A model generated the notes under the pieces. It saw only the letters and a program-made list of their open reading frames with translations, made no database searches and was not told the origin of the DNA. 64,000 bases of DNA, from positions 109,094,912-109,158,911 of the forward strand of contig NC_068982.1 of NCBI RefSeq assembly GCF_001194135.2, given 5' to 3'. This stretch comes from Octopus bimaculoides (Eukaryota). Made by a program: the position numbers and the translations under genes. Below, one piece after another: positions 52,301 to 64,000 of this stretch (positions are counted from its first letter, which is position 1; each line of letters starts with the position of its first letter).

Positions 52301-52593
52301 TACAATATTTTAACCACCACCACTAACTACCATGTACATAAACAGGTAAGTTTGGTTTTTTCTTTGTTCTACATAGATACAACTGCCTTACTGTAGTTAT
52401 ACAATTCTACAATCCTATGATCTGACTCCATATCTCCATATGGCTTTACTGATATTTTTGGCAAAATTTATAGGAATTACCAAAATTCTGTTTTATATGA
52501 TTCCTTCATAACATAGCACTGTTGCAAATTGGCTTGGTAAACAGTATACTTCCTGCATTTAGACTGTAAATTTGACACCTAAATCTCTGTTTT

Positions 52594-53140
52594 CTTAACA
52601 TGGATGTCTTGTTAGACAAGAATTGCCTGTCTTGAGTGCTGTCTGTTACAATTTAGTATATACTTTTATGCACTGAATGTCTGTATGTGAGGAGCTTTCA
52701 AGACTGATAATGCAGTATTTGGTGTTCTAACACGACATCCATGTTAAGTTGGATATAAAGATTAACTTCTGTTATTAATACTGCTTCCGTGGCTAATAAT
52801 TAATTTTTAATAAGCCTGCTGGCTATTTGTGAAACCAGTGTCTGAAAAGATATTGATATTCTATATATTGTAGCAGCGAGATTTTAACTGGCATGCAGTA
52901 ATTGGATGCCTCTCACTGATGATTTTCAATAGAATGAAATTATGTGATATAGGAGTTCTAGTGCTCATGACAGCTGATTCTTGTCTGCTATCATCTATGC
53001 ACTAAGGGCCTATATGGGAGGATCTCTCAAGGCTAATAATGCAGTAGTTGGTGTTCTAACAAGACATCCATGTTAAGTTGGATATAAATATTACATTTTG
53101 GTATTAATACTGATTTCATTGCTAATAATTAATTATTACA
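52594..53140. repeat. Diverged tandem duplication (period about 329 bp) plus an inverted 22-mer
   Basis: ctaaca[c/a]gacatccatgttaag at 52727-52748 and 53056-53077; exact reverse complement of the second at 52594-52615. Confidence 0.8.
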
Positions 53141-54129
53141 TTAATTTTCTACTACATGGTATTTGGAGGGTGTCTATCCACAGAAATCATGCCAGAGCAG
53201 AGAGTAGAGCTTGGAGCAGTCTTCTGACTTACCAACTCCTGTTGAATCATCCAACACATGTCAGCATGGAAAGTGGCAGTTAAATTATGATGATGATGAT
53301 GATTATTAAAATGGCAGTGAATTGGTTAAGTTGAAGCATAGGACAAAATTCCTTGTAGTATTTGCTGGCTCTTCATGTTCTGAGTTCAAATACCACTAAA
53401 ATCAACTTTGTTTTGTTATCCTCTTTGTGGTGCCAACATTGTTGGGGTTGCCTTGTCGCTTGTAAAGCAAAAGAGAGCACCTCACAGTGGAAAGGAATAA
53501 ATTTATTATGAAGGGATGGTAATGAAATAAATAATAGGAGTAGTGTGTTGGGGGTGGGGGAGAAGAGACAAGAGAGGAGAAGGAAAAAATAATATCAGGG
53601 GTTAATGTAAAGGAGAGAGTGGAAGGGTAATGTGAAAGTAGGGGAGAAGTGGTGCATAAAAGAAAGATTAGATGAAAATGGGTAATAGGAGAGAATGGGA
53701 ACAGTAAACGGAAAGATACTGTCAAAGGATTAGTGAAAGAGTCATTGATAAGGTGAGGAGAGATGAAGTTGGTTGAATAGGTGATACAGTGCTATCCCCA
53801 ATTATATATGAGTGGATAGATTGGTGTGAAGGAGAGATACATGGGATGATGATGACGGGCAAGAGTATATTCTTAATGTAACATGCCCAAAAGAGCATGG
53901 TGACAGGGAGTTAGGGAGGGCAGGTAAAGGTTGTCACCATGTGATCTCCTCACCCACTCAAGTATCTTGGTTTTGATTTGGGAGAAAGGAATGGGTAGTA
54001 AAATGTAGATGGTGGGAATATTCAATATGTACAAATCAAGTATTTTTCTCTCAGTTACGGGTGCCATGGTACAGTGAGTTGAAGAGATGAGAGGTGGGGT
54101 ACAGAATAGAAACAGCAAAGAATGGGGTG

Positions 54130-54580
54130 CATGCACAGGAGGTCTGATCTTTTGCAGCACTGTGTATTACTAGTCATCATGGTCTTTATTATTGTCTTTG
54201 TCAGATATTATAACATCCTGAGATCATTTTTTACCACCTTATCCCAAATGTTTCTTGGTTTCCCTCTCACATGGGTACCACTTCACTTTGAATGCTCTGT
54301 ACTTACTTAGGCAGCTGCTATCCTCCATTTTGCATCACATACCCCTAACCAATACAGTCTCCTTTCTTGCACCCTACAGCTGATTCTTTTTAAACCCAAT
54401 TTGTTTCTCTATTCATTTATACATTGTTATTCACACACATCCAATGAAGCTTACTTACTTCATTTCTTTCAAGTCTTTACATATCCTCTACCCTCAAAGC
54501 TATGTTTCACTGCTGTGTGGCAGTGCACTTTGCACACAAGCATTATACAGCCTATCCTTAATCTTGAGAGATAAGCCCTT
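54130..54580 (-). mobile_element. Degenerate RTE LINE C-terminal fragment
   Basis: Similar to 61900-62260 (ttaccaccttatccca...cagtctcctttcttgcacc...gtgtggcagtgc). Confidence 0.6.
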
Positions 54581-56642
54581 TGTCATTTTACTTCAATTTT
54601 AGTGAGTGATTTCACTTTTTAGATCAACAATAATGTATTCCTGCTGGATTTAAAAGGTGCTGATGAGATTTTACTCTATAATGGATAAAATATTTGATAC
54701 CATACAATTATGAGCTGGATTTCTGCCATGGTTGTCAGAGATTTTTATTTACTTACTGATGATTAAAATAGCACCATTAGCATGCTGGAAATTCTATCTA
54801 GTTGATTGTGCATTTGAGGTCTCTGCTGGTGGTTATGATTGCTAGTTCCAAGAGGTATTACTACTCATCATCTTGCTAGGAACAATGTAGTAAAAATATA
54901 TGAAATACTATATAGAGTTAAGCAGCAATAATGCAATTGATCAAAATGGAATCCAATTTTGCTGTGAAAAGGATTTGTGTGGGTAAATCAGCCATTTCAT
55001 TTTACTGTATTTAATCAATTTTTGAGGATGAGAACTCCAGTCCAGTGGGCTTTGAACTGCAAAGAACCAAATTAGACACTGTACCAAATCTAAGAAACTG
55101 ATGATGATGATAATAATAAAAACATTGTAGTAGTAATGAGGATTTCTTACATAAAATTACTATTAAATATATTACTCACATTGGCAGAAAGCCACATATT
55201 TGTGACAGAAAAAGGTGTAGTTGTATACTACTATTATTTCTTATAAGGTTTCAGTTTCAGTATTTCAGTGAAGGTGAAGTTTGGGCATTAATATATTCCC
55301 CAAGTTAGTAATGCTGTACATTGAAGCAGTACTAATTAGGAAGCAAATTCATGTAGCAAACACAACTTACGAACACCTTACTGCTGCATCACAGCTCTTA
55401 CTTCAGTAATAAAATGACGGTGATATTGGTCATAATGATTCTAACATTGACTCAAGGCTGCACATTATGAGAAAAGGGCAGCTGATAAATTAACACCAGT
55501 GTGTGAAGTAATTATTTATAGTAAGCAAAGTTTATTTTGACAGTATTTGAGCTCAGAAGATAAGTAATCTAACTAAATACCACTAGGAATCCTGTTGGTT
55601 CAGCCATTCTGTTGACTTATGATAATTATGATGCAAATAACAATGGTTTATAATTTGGACATGAGGGCAGCAATTTTAAGGGGAGAGGCTTAACTGATAC
55701 CATTGACCACAGAACTTGACTGATACTTTATTTTATCAACCCTGGAGGGATGGAAACAAAGTTGACCATGGTGGGGTTTGAAATTGAAGTGTAAAGAGTC
55801 AAGAATAAAAGAATAAAAAGTCAAAAGAAATGACCTCAGTAGTACTGGTACTATGAAAAAGCACCTGGTATATGGTTGTAAAGTGGTTGGCATTAGGAAG
55901 GGCATCTAACCTTAGAAACCATGCCATAGCAAACTTTGGAGCATGATGCAGTCTTTGGACTTGTTAGGTCTTGTCAACCATGGCTGCATGAAACATGGAT
56001 GGTAAATGATGATGATGTTGATGATTAGAAATATTTTAGCTTGAAATTGATTTGCAAAATAAATAAACAGACATAACTGTCTATTTATTTATAATACTAT
56101 ATATTTATAAGTGGATGTAGGTTGGGGAGAGGAAGCAAAAAATAAAGACATCTGTTGAAAGTCTATATAGTTTGTGAGTGAGGTAAATCTGAATTGATTG
56201 CTTGAATTTATATAGGTTCAGCTATTGTATTTCCTCTAGGTTTGTAACCAAAGTAGTAATGTTGCTAGGATATGAATCAGTCACTGTAAAATACATTTTA
56301 TGTGTTTTAAGCTGTAGCTCTGGTTTTATAAAATCTAAGAAATAAAAGCCAAAGGAAGTTTTATATTGTCATTACTATCCCTCCCCTAAAAATAAAAATG
56401 AAAATTCTTTTTTTCTAAATTAAGATTTTTCCAGTAAGTGATTTGAAAGTGTATAACTTTCTCAAATATTCCTAAAAATATTTTTACATGACATCATTTA
56501 TACTTACATACCTATCTTACATGCATGTATGTGTGTGTGTGTGTGTGTGCGTGTGTGTGTGTGTGAAATTTGTTTATTGATATATTCATATACGAATGTA
56601 GGTATGTATGAAGGATTTTTATTTATATACATTTTTTTTTAG

Positions 56643-56777
56643 CAACGCCATCGAAGTGACAACCAGGTTAATAATCGTATTTCCTTTGTGCTTCGTGATG
56701 GTCAAATGGTTGAAGAAAAATGGCACAAAGTTGTTGTTGGTGATATCATTCGAATGGAAAACAACCAGTTTGTGGCA
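56643..56777 (+). CDS. ATP8B: ATP8B-type P4-ATPase exon 5 (QRHRSDNQVNNRISFVLRDGQMVEEKWHKVVVGDIIRMENNQFVA; actuator domain)
   Basis: Poly-T acceptor ending ag at 56642 and donor GCA|gtaagc; 135 nt; RH.SDNQVNNR and W..V.VGDII..ENNQFVA motifs. Confidence 0.98.
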
Positions 56778-59741
56778 GTAAGCATTAGTTTATTTTTTCA
56801 CTTGCAACAAGATACCACTTTGTCCATTTTTTATGTGAATTTCTATGTAGTATGATGTAAATTTTAATCAATATGATTTGAGATAAAAAATCTACCTAAA
56901 TAGCACTGTATACAATAAGTTTATTATGTTATTTGTTTTGTTCTAAATCATCTGATAAGAACAGTCAACATGGCATAATGATTAATGCTCTTCCTGCTGC
57001 ATGTACAATCTATCTTTTAAGGTTAAGAGTAGGGATTGGTCAGTCTTTCTTGCAAGTGGACTGCCAGCAAGTTATGTAGTTGACACCTTAGGACTTTTAT
57101 ATTAAAAAGTTGTATAAAAACACAGCATGTACAGTAATATATTATGGGTACTGGAAGGCAGTTTTCTAATATATTATAGTATACATTTAAACATTTTTAC
57201 ATGCCATTTGTTTAAATAACTTACATTTAGGTTTATTTATTAATGGTGAATATAAAATGAAGTTATATAGGTGTATTACCAAAGGAACTGCAATATATAA
57301 CTGGAGTTTGGCAGAGAGCCTGCTGGTGCCTAAGAACCAACATCATCATTTGACCTGTTTTGTCCTCTACTTCTCCTTGTAGATAGAAAGGTGCTTTATA
57401 GATACTGGCAAGGAGGATATCAAGGTTTCTAGCACTGATTGGACTCATAAGCATTTTAGTTCAGTAAGCCAATGTCCTGGGATTCTTATGCTATCTTGAG
57501 CACATCCCTATGATTTGATGTGCCATTCAACATGCTAAGAATGGAAGAAAGGCTTAATTTGGTAAATACATATGCAGGTATTACTCATGCACTGATTCAC
57601 AAAGTATTGGATTTTTTTGCCTTCCATGACATATGAAAGGACTTTTAATGTGATTTGCCACTCAGAGATTCATTGAAAACTGTGAGGCATTGAAGATAGG
57701 CATCATGATTAGGTCTTCTATTTTACCAACTATGATATTGATAGTGAAAGGTAAAGGAAGCTACTTGAAGGTGACAAAAATCAGAAGACCCTTAATAACT
57801 GCTATGGTTGCTATAACAACTATGCAGCTACATCAATACAATGAATCAATATCAAGTTGTACCATTGTTGTTTTCCACAGGTGAGTGAGAAAGAGCTACA
57901 TAGGAATAAAAACTAAATAAAACCAATAGCCTAACTTATGAATGGTTCTAATGACAGGAGCATGAAGATCAATTTGATAGAAGTGTTTGTGTTCCTAAGC
58001 CATATTGTAATTTCAAAACAATATCTTGACCTAATGGCTTAATTTGACCTGATAAAAAAAAAAGAAATGTCTGGTTATTGAGTTGATGGTGCCTTGGGAA
58101 GTCAATAAGGAGTGGGCACATGAAAGGAAGGGTTTGAAATTTGGGTAACCTATGGAGTCATATGAGGTACAAAGACGGCAGTTTATGTCATTGCAGTGCA
58201 AGTTATATATGAAATGTGTACTATTGTTGTTAAATGAATTATCATTAAAAAGTGTATCTAGCAGTTTTACAATGAAAGTGCATTGGGATGTAATGAAAAA
58301 AATCAAAAAAAAAAAAACAGAAAAGTAAAACTGCTGGAAAAAGTGTTTCACTAGTCATGTAGAATGTTTATTTCAAAACAAAACTTAAATTAAAAGGATA
58401 CTAGGACACAGCTGTTGTCAGATGATACATAAGTCAGTGTTGATGTTGTAATGCTGCATGCATTCATATGCTACTAGAATTAAATATATGAGGAATAACA
58501 ATGTTAGTCAATAACTAATATTATTTCAGTTTCTTTCCTACAAGTGAAAGGGACAACACTGGATATGTTTTGGTCTTATTCTGACCTCATCAGTAAAGCA
58601 TAGCATTCATTATTGTATTGTTAATGTGAGTTCTCCATTGAGAGCATGTGGAATTATCTGTTAATTGTTTTAATAAATTGACAATGAGCAAAATGCTCTC
58701 AAACAAAATTGTATTACTATTGCATCATTTTCACTTGAGTGAAAGATGTTCTGGGTTTCTAGGGCCCCTTTCAATCATAGCTGATTTTTTGCACCAGGAA
58801 TGCTCCTTTCCAAGAAGCTGGCCTGTGAAAGATTTTTCTTGTGAAAGATTAGCAGTTGCACATGTATGCGGTGCCCTCTCTTTTTATGCTTTTAATGATG
58901 TCCAAGGTCAAGGCAAGACCAATGCTGTTTAGTGCCATTGCAAGCAATGATGTGAGAAAATAAGGAACTGGAATGTACCATAAAGTATCCCATCTGATAC
59001 TCCAGTGATTCCTTCAATCCATTACCCTTCTTTTTTATTGAGCCTGAAAGCTTGAAAGGCAAAGTTGGACTTGAAGTGATTTGAACTCAGAGCAAAGAGA
59101 ATTGGGACAAATACTGTGAAGCATTTCTTCTATCTGATGCCTTAGCAACTTAGTTAAATTGTTGTTTGTCTTGTAATTTGTCTTGTAATTTGTCTTCTAA
59201 GTGCTTGTCTTAAAAATATGTATTATCAAAAATGGGGTGGTTTTGTGTGTTTAAGGTGATGCATGACAGAGATACTCATCTACAACTACCAGGTGATGTC
59301 AAGACAAGGAGATAAAACATAGTGTAGTGTTATTAATATCTAACGTTGAGAATACTGAATTATTTTTTTTTGATGTTAATGAAGATTTTAATATCCAGGA
59401 CATCTTGGCTTTACAAACTTTAAAAGCACTAGATTAATAATGGGTGAGTGCTTCAATGTGCTATAGTTATATAGTTTGTAACGTAGCCCATTGTATTTTT
59501 ACAAAACTACACCAAAAATCCATTTCAAAAAAGCAATACTAATTTCCCTTTAATAATATTTCTAACTATTTACTGTTTTAACAAGCTTATATATTGCTAA
59601 TTACTACCTATTATTAGCCTTGTATCCTTATAGTTATATTACATATACTCCTCTTGAATATTTAACACAGTGATTAACTAAAATGAGACACGGATTGTTT
59701 CTAGGTATGAGTAATAGTTATTTTACTATTTCTTTGAACAG

Positions 59742-59812
59742 GCTGATCTTTATCTATTGTCTACGAGTGAACCAAACAGTTTATGCTATATTGAAACTGC
59801 TGAGCTTGATGG
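59742..59812 (+). CDS. ATP8B: ATP8B-type P4-ATPase exon 6 ([24 protein letters not shown]; start of the P4-specific DGET motif); gene continues beyond the window
   Basis: Acceptor tctttgaacag and phase-2 donor GG|gtgagt; 71 nt; [20 protein letters not shown] motif. Confidence 0.98.
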
Positions 59813-60244
59813 GTGAGTATTGGGTTCTGTTTTTGTTCTTTTTCTTATAACATCTTTTCTATGTCGTATAATTTTTCGTATTTGATTTGTCTAGCATTAA
59901 TTGAAGACAAAGTTAGTAGAGGCATGAATGTGATGAAATAGTTTACAAAACAATCTTCTTTTTACTTTTTGGCAATTTAAACAAACATGTGTTTCAATAA
60001 AGATTTTCATTTGTTGAGAACAATCCTATCAGTTTCCTTCTACTTCACCTGAGCAGTACCACTGCCATATTTTTATGGATGTTTGTCAAATCCCTGGTCT
60101 GTAAATTCAGTATAAAGTACCTCAATTGAAACTGATCTTTCTCTGATTGGAAGAGAATAGTTCTCAAATCACAAATTGCAAGTGCATATCTATATCTCCA
60201 TGCAGAAAAATCCAACCCCTTGTGTGCACGCGCGCAAACACATA

Positions 60245-60485
60245 CACACATAAGTTATAGGGATGTAAACACATCAACACCAGTTGTCAAGTGGTGGTGG
60301 GAGACAAATACAGATACAAAGACAAGCACACACATATATATACACACAAGCTTCATTCAGTTTCCACTCACAAGGCTTTGGTTGGCCTAAAGCTATAGTA
60401 GAAGGCACTTGCTCAAAGTATCATGCAGTGGGGCTGAAACTTGAACCATGTGGATGGGAAACAAACTTCTTACCACACAGCCACA
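60245..60485 (-). mobile_element. tRNA-derived SINE fragment, same family
   Basis: Reverse copy ...cagtttccactcacaaggctttggttggcctaaagctatagtagaaggcacttgc... Confidence 0.75.
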
Positions 60486-60607
60486 CCATTTTATATATAT
60501 ATATATATATATCGTCGTCGTCGTCATGAGCCTGGTGTTGCCATCCGGTTTCACCAGTCCTCAGTCAAATCGTCCNNNNNNNNNNTCTGTCTATCTGTTG
60601 ATATATA

Positions 60608-60643
<36 letters not shown>

Positions 60644-60750
60644 TGTATATATATGTATATGTATCTGTATCATCTCGATTTGTCTATTTTTTAAGCTGTT
60701 ATGATTTGGATCATTTGACATAATCCAGTAAACCACAAGGCTGCTCTGAG

Positions 60751-60792
<42 letters not shown>

Positions 60793-61223
60793 AAATTTGT
60801 AATGTGCAAGAGAGAATACTGCACTGATATGACCATGTGATGTATGTGTGCACATGTGTGTGTACAGATATATATGTATAGACATACAACATTATTGAAA
60901 AACAGAATTCTCTAAACAAAAATCACCCATAAATAACATGCAACAATACTAATCAGTTAAAAGTCATAGGCCCAAACTTTGTAGTTGACATTGTCCTTAA
61001 TTGCTGCAATTGCCTCAATTAACTGACTGAACATTTGTGACTGTGCATATGTCAGGTCAAATGGTATATAAACCCCAACATCCATCTTATATGATTTCTA
61101 ACATATGTAATAGGTCACAAATTTTTTCGAGAGAATGCAATTGATTATATCAGTCTTAGTATTTGCCTGATAGTTTTTTTTAACGTTTATTTTACATTTA
61201 TTTAAAATACTTTACTTATATTC

Positions 61224-61271
<48 letters not shown>

Positions 61272-61304
61272 TTATATATATATGTATGTATATATGTATG
61301 TATA

Positions 61305-62262
61305 CATATCATCATTATCATCATCGTTTAACGTCTGTTTTCCATGCTGGCATGGGTTGGACGGTTTGACTGGGGACTGACAAGCCAGGGCGCGACACCA
61401 GGCTCCAATCTGATCTGGCAATGTTTCTACAGCTGGATGTCCTTCCTAACATCAACCACTCCAAGAGTGTAGTTGGTGCTTTTTACGTGCCACTGGCACG
61501 GGAGCCAGTCAGGTGGCACTGGCATCAGCCACGTTCAGATGGTGCTTTTTACATGCCACTGGCACAGGAACTAGTTGGGGCAGGGTGGAGCAGCATCGAC
61601 CATGTTCGGATGGTGCTTTTTATGTGCCACCAGCATGAGGGAGCCAGTCAGGCAGCTCTGGCAGTGACCCATGCATGAATGGTGCTTATTGTGTGCCATC
61701 AGCACTGGTAACAGCCACAACTACAATTTCCATTTGATTGTGATATGATCTGATTTTGATGTACTTGACTCAATAGGTCTCCTCAAGCACAGAATGTCAC
61801 CCGACGATTCAAAGTACTTTTTAAATGGGCTGGTTATGCAACACTGGTGTAGGCTACAGCTGTGATCTCACTTTCCTTGCCTGGTCTTCTCAATCACAGC
61901 ATATCTCCAGAGGTCTCAGTCTTTCATCATTGCCTCTGAGGCCCAACATTCGTAGGTCATGCTTCACCACCTCATCCCATGTCTTTCTGTGTCTCCCTCT
62001 TCTATGGGTTCCTTCCATTGTTAGGGAGTGACACTTCTTCACACAGCTCTCCTCATCCATACCTAGTACATGACCATACCAGTGCAGTCGTCTCTCTTGC
62101 ACACAACATCTGATGCTTTTTATGTCCAACATTTCTCTCAGGGCAGTTACACTCTGTCGAGTGTGACATTACACATCCAGCGGATCATACTAGCTTCATT
62201 TCTTTCGAGCCTATGCATGTCTTCAGCAGTCATGGCCCATGTTTCACTGCTGTGTAGCATGG
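61305..62262 (-). mobile_element. 5'-truncated RTE LINE with complete 3' UTR and (GAT)n tail
   Basis: CCVQERRLHWYGHVLGMDEESCVKKCHSL...GRHRKTWDEVVKHDLR; UTR matches 29196-29900. Confidence 0.92.
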
Positions 62263-62620
62263 CAATATATATATGTGAAGAAATGTCACAGATTTAAATT
62301 TAGTAATTACAGCACATATGTATATGATACATATATAATACAAAATGACATTAAAATGCCAATCCAAAACTGAAGAAAAGACGAACATGAGCAAAGAACT
62401 CTCATAAACATGAAAGATGAAGTTATTTGCAGTGGGAATTGAACTTTGAGCATTAAGAGGCATAGTGAAAGCATTTTGTCTGGAGTAAAGATTTTTGCCA
62501 ATATAACATGACAGTCCTGGTTTAGCACGAATGTTGCTCCAGCTGGCTATACGACATGATCTGTGTCCTTATATTTTTGAACAAGAGAATCTAGCACCCC
62601 AACTCAGCTCTAACCAATAA

Positions 62621-62663
62621 CTGTGTATCGCGATTTCCGGGTTATTTCCCTTCATCAGCACAG
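62621..62663 (-). ncRNA. Minimal type-I hammerhead ribozyme-like motif
   Basis: Minus strand: CUGUG-CUGAUGA-A-GGG-aaauaa-CCC-G-GAA-AUCGCGAU-A-CACAG. Stem I is 5 bp, the core is intact, stem III is a palindrome and the cleavage triplet is AUA. The position 10.1/11.1 pair is non-canonical (A.G). Confidence 0.7.
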
Positions 62664-62684
62664 AATAATTGTTCGGCCAGAGGT

Positions 62685-64000
62685 ATATTCTTTATTACAG
62701 GCACAAGGCCTAAACATAGAGGGGACATACACAGACATGCGAGAACAAAACACACATGAAAGGATGGATGTAAAATGAATTAAATTACAATGACGAGACA
62801 AATATCTCACGCCCCCTCCAAGATGAAACCATGAATTCCTTTTTCCTTTAAAACTTTACATTTTAAATAACAATTTCCAGCCCCGTTCTGAGGCAAAACT
62901 GCGACTTTCCTTTTCGTTTTCACCTTACAATTTTAAAGGAAACATTTTTAAACAAATGTTCATTCATATAGTTACTGGATTTACTTTTCTTTTTCTTTTT
63001 TTTAAACCAAAAAGTTTAACCAAATGTTTTTCTCAGTCTTTCACAGTCTTTAAAATAAACCATGACTCAGCACTTCATCTTCTCCTTTTCGTCCACATAA
63101 TTCACCACTGAGGTGCAAGGTTCAACATCCACCTCCAGCCTCAGCGGGTTCATTCTTTCATAATGTCTTTCAATTTTGAAATTCTTTTAACTTTTAGGGT
63201 GTTCTACTTCATTTAAAAATCTTGCTTCTGTTTGTATCTTGCATGTCTGTTTTTTTTGGCTCTGTATTTCTGTAATTCTTGGCTTCCCTGTGATTATGTC
63301 TGTGTGTTTGTGTGCTCGTTTGACTGTAATTCTGCGTGTTTCATCTGTGTGTCTATGTCTTTAGGTTTCCGTAATACTGAATTATCTTGTTTCTATTCGT
63401 CTATACTTCTGTGTTTTTGCATGTCTATGTGTTTGAGTGTCTGTGGGTCTGAATGTTTCTGTACCTGTAAGTCCTTTACTGATGATCCTACTGGTAAATC
63501 TTTCCCATTTCTCGTCGTAGGTTGGGTTTCCTCTTCTGTTGCTTTGTACTTCTTCAATTCCACTTTCGTTGGTGACTTACTCCTCTCTCTTTTTCTTGCT
63601 TTCACCTCCGTAAAATACCCGTCTTGGTCTGTTATCTGTTTCTGCTGTCTCTCTACCATTATATTCTCCTGAATACTCTTCTCTACACTTTCCACTGCTG
63701 CTCTAGGTCATTTCTTTCTCAATTGACCTCTTTCACCACATTCGTAACACTTTGGGAGTCTCCCCTCCAACATTATCTCCAGCTCTTCTTCATTTGGTAA
63801 CTCTAAAGTTTCAGGTATTTCATTGTAATATTTCGGGTTCACTGCACAAATTATCTCTAATCTGTAGCCCCATCACTTCACTTGTTGGGTTCGGCTTATC
63901 ATGCCCATCCTCACCTCTTTGCTTTCTCTCCTCATCTCTGAATAAAAAATCGCTGCTATTATTCACTCTGGTTCTATCGATGGTGGGATTCTTCCCACCC
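62685..64000 (-). mobile_element. Retroelement with a decayed gag/ORF1-like frame (CCHC zinc knuckle), followed directly by a 3' tail and AATAAA; no pol/ORF2 seen
   Basis: One frame from 63998: VGRIPPSIEPE*IIAAIFY...IMLEGRLPKCYECGERGQLRKK*P... The knuckle is C-x2-C-x4-(H>Q)-x4-(C>stop) at 63749-63708. AATAAA at 62696-62691. Confidence 0.75.

Larger units (their letters stand above)
17078..60585. other. Assembly gaps: 17078-17265, 22261-22270, 29921-30512, 33086-33095, 40802-41159, 49572-49581, 60576-60585
   Basis: Runs of N. Confidence 0.99.

Noticed and set aside
51607-52396. Long hydrophobic ORFs extending exon 4 (apparent multi-TM protein)
   Set aside because: Only 51625-51723 is coding; the rest translates a T/C low-complexity intronic tract.

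Overview
AT-rich, repeat-dense animal genomic DNA with seven N gaps. The SINE and RTE-LINE families look like those of Octopus; this is recalled family resemblance, not a database hit. The one protein-coding gene I can identify is the 5' part of a plus-strand P4-ATPase (phospholipid flippase) of the ATP8B type. Six coding exons (11300-11330, 39112-39170, 44132-44245, 51625-51723, 56643-56777, 59742-59812) splice in frame through GT-AG introns of about 27.8, 5.0, 7.4, 4.9 and 3.0 kb. They give [170 protein letters not shown], and the gene continues past the window. The rest is intron or intergenic sequence with SINEs, RTE, CR1-like and REL-type LINE remnants, fold-back elements and microsatellites. 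Most notable: (1) a minimal type-I hammerhead-like motif just 3' of a gag/ORF1-only retroelement (62.6-64 kb); (2) a near-perfect 217-bp inverted repeat beside a CpG-rich putative promoter; (3) a frame-compatible alternative first coding exon with its own CpG peak inside intron 1; (4) a TSD-flanked palindromic insertion inside an RTE LINE. No rRNA, true tRNA gene or CRISPR array was seen. Most ORF-track entries are microsatellite, gap or transposon artefacts.
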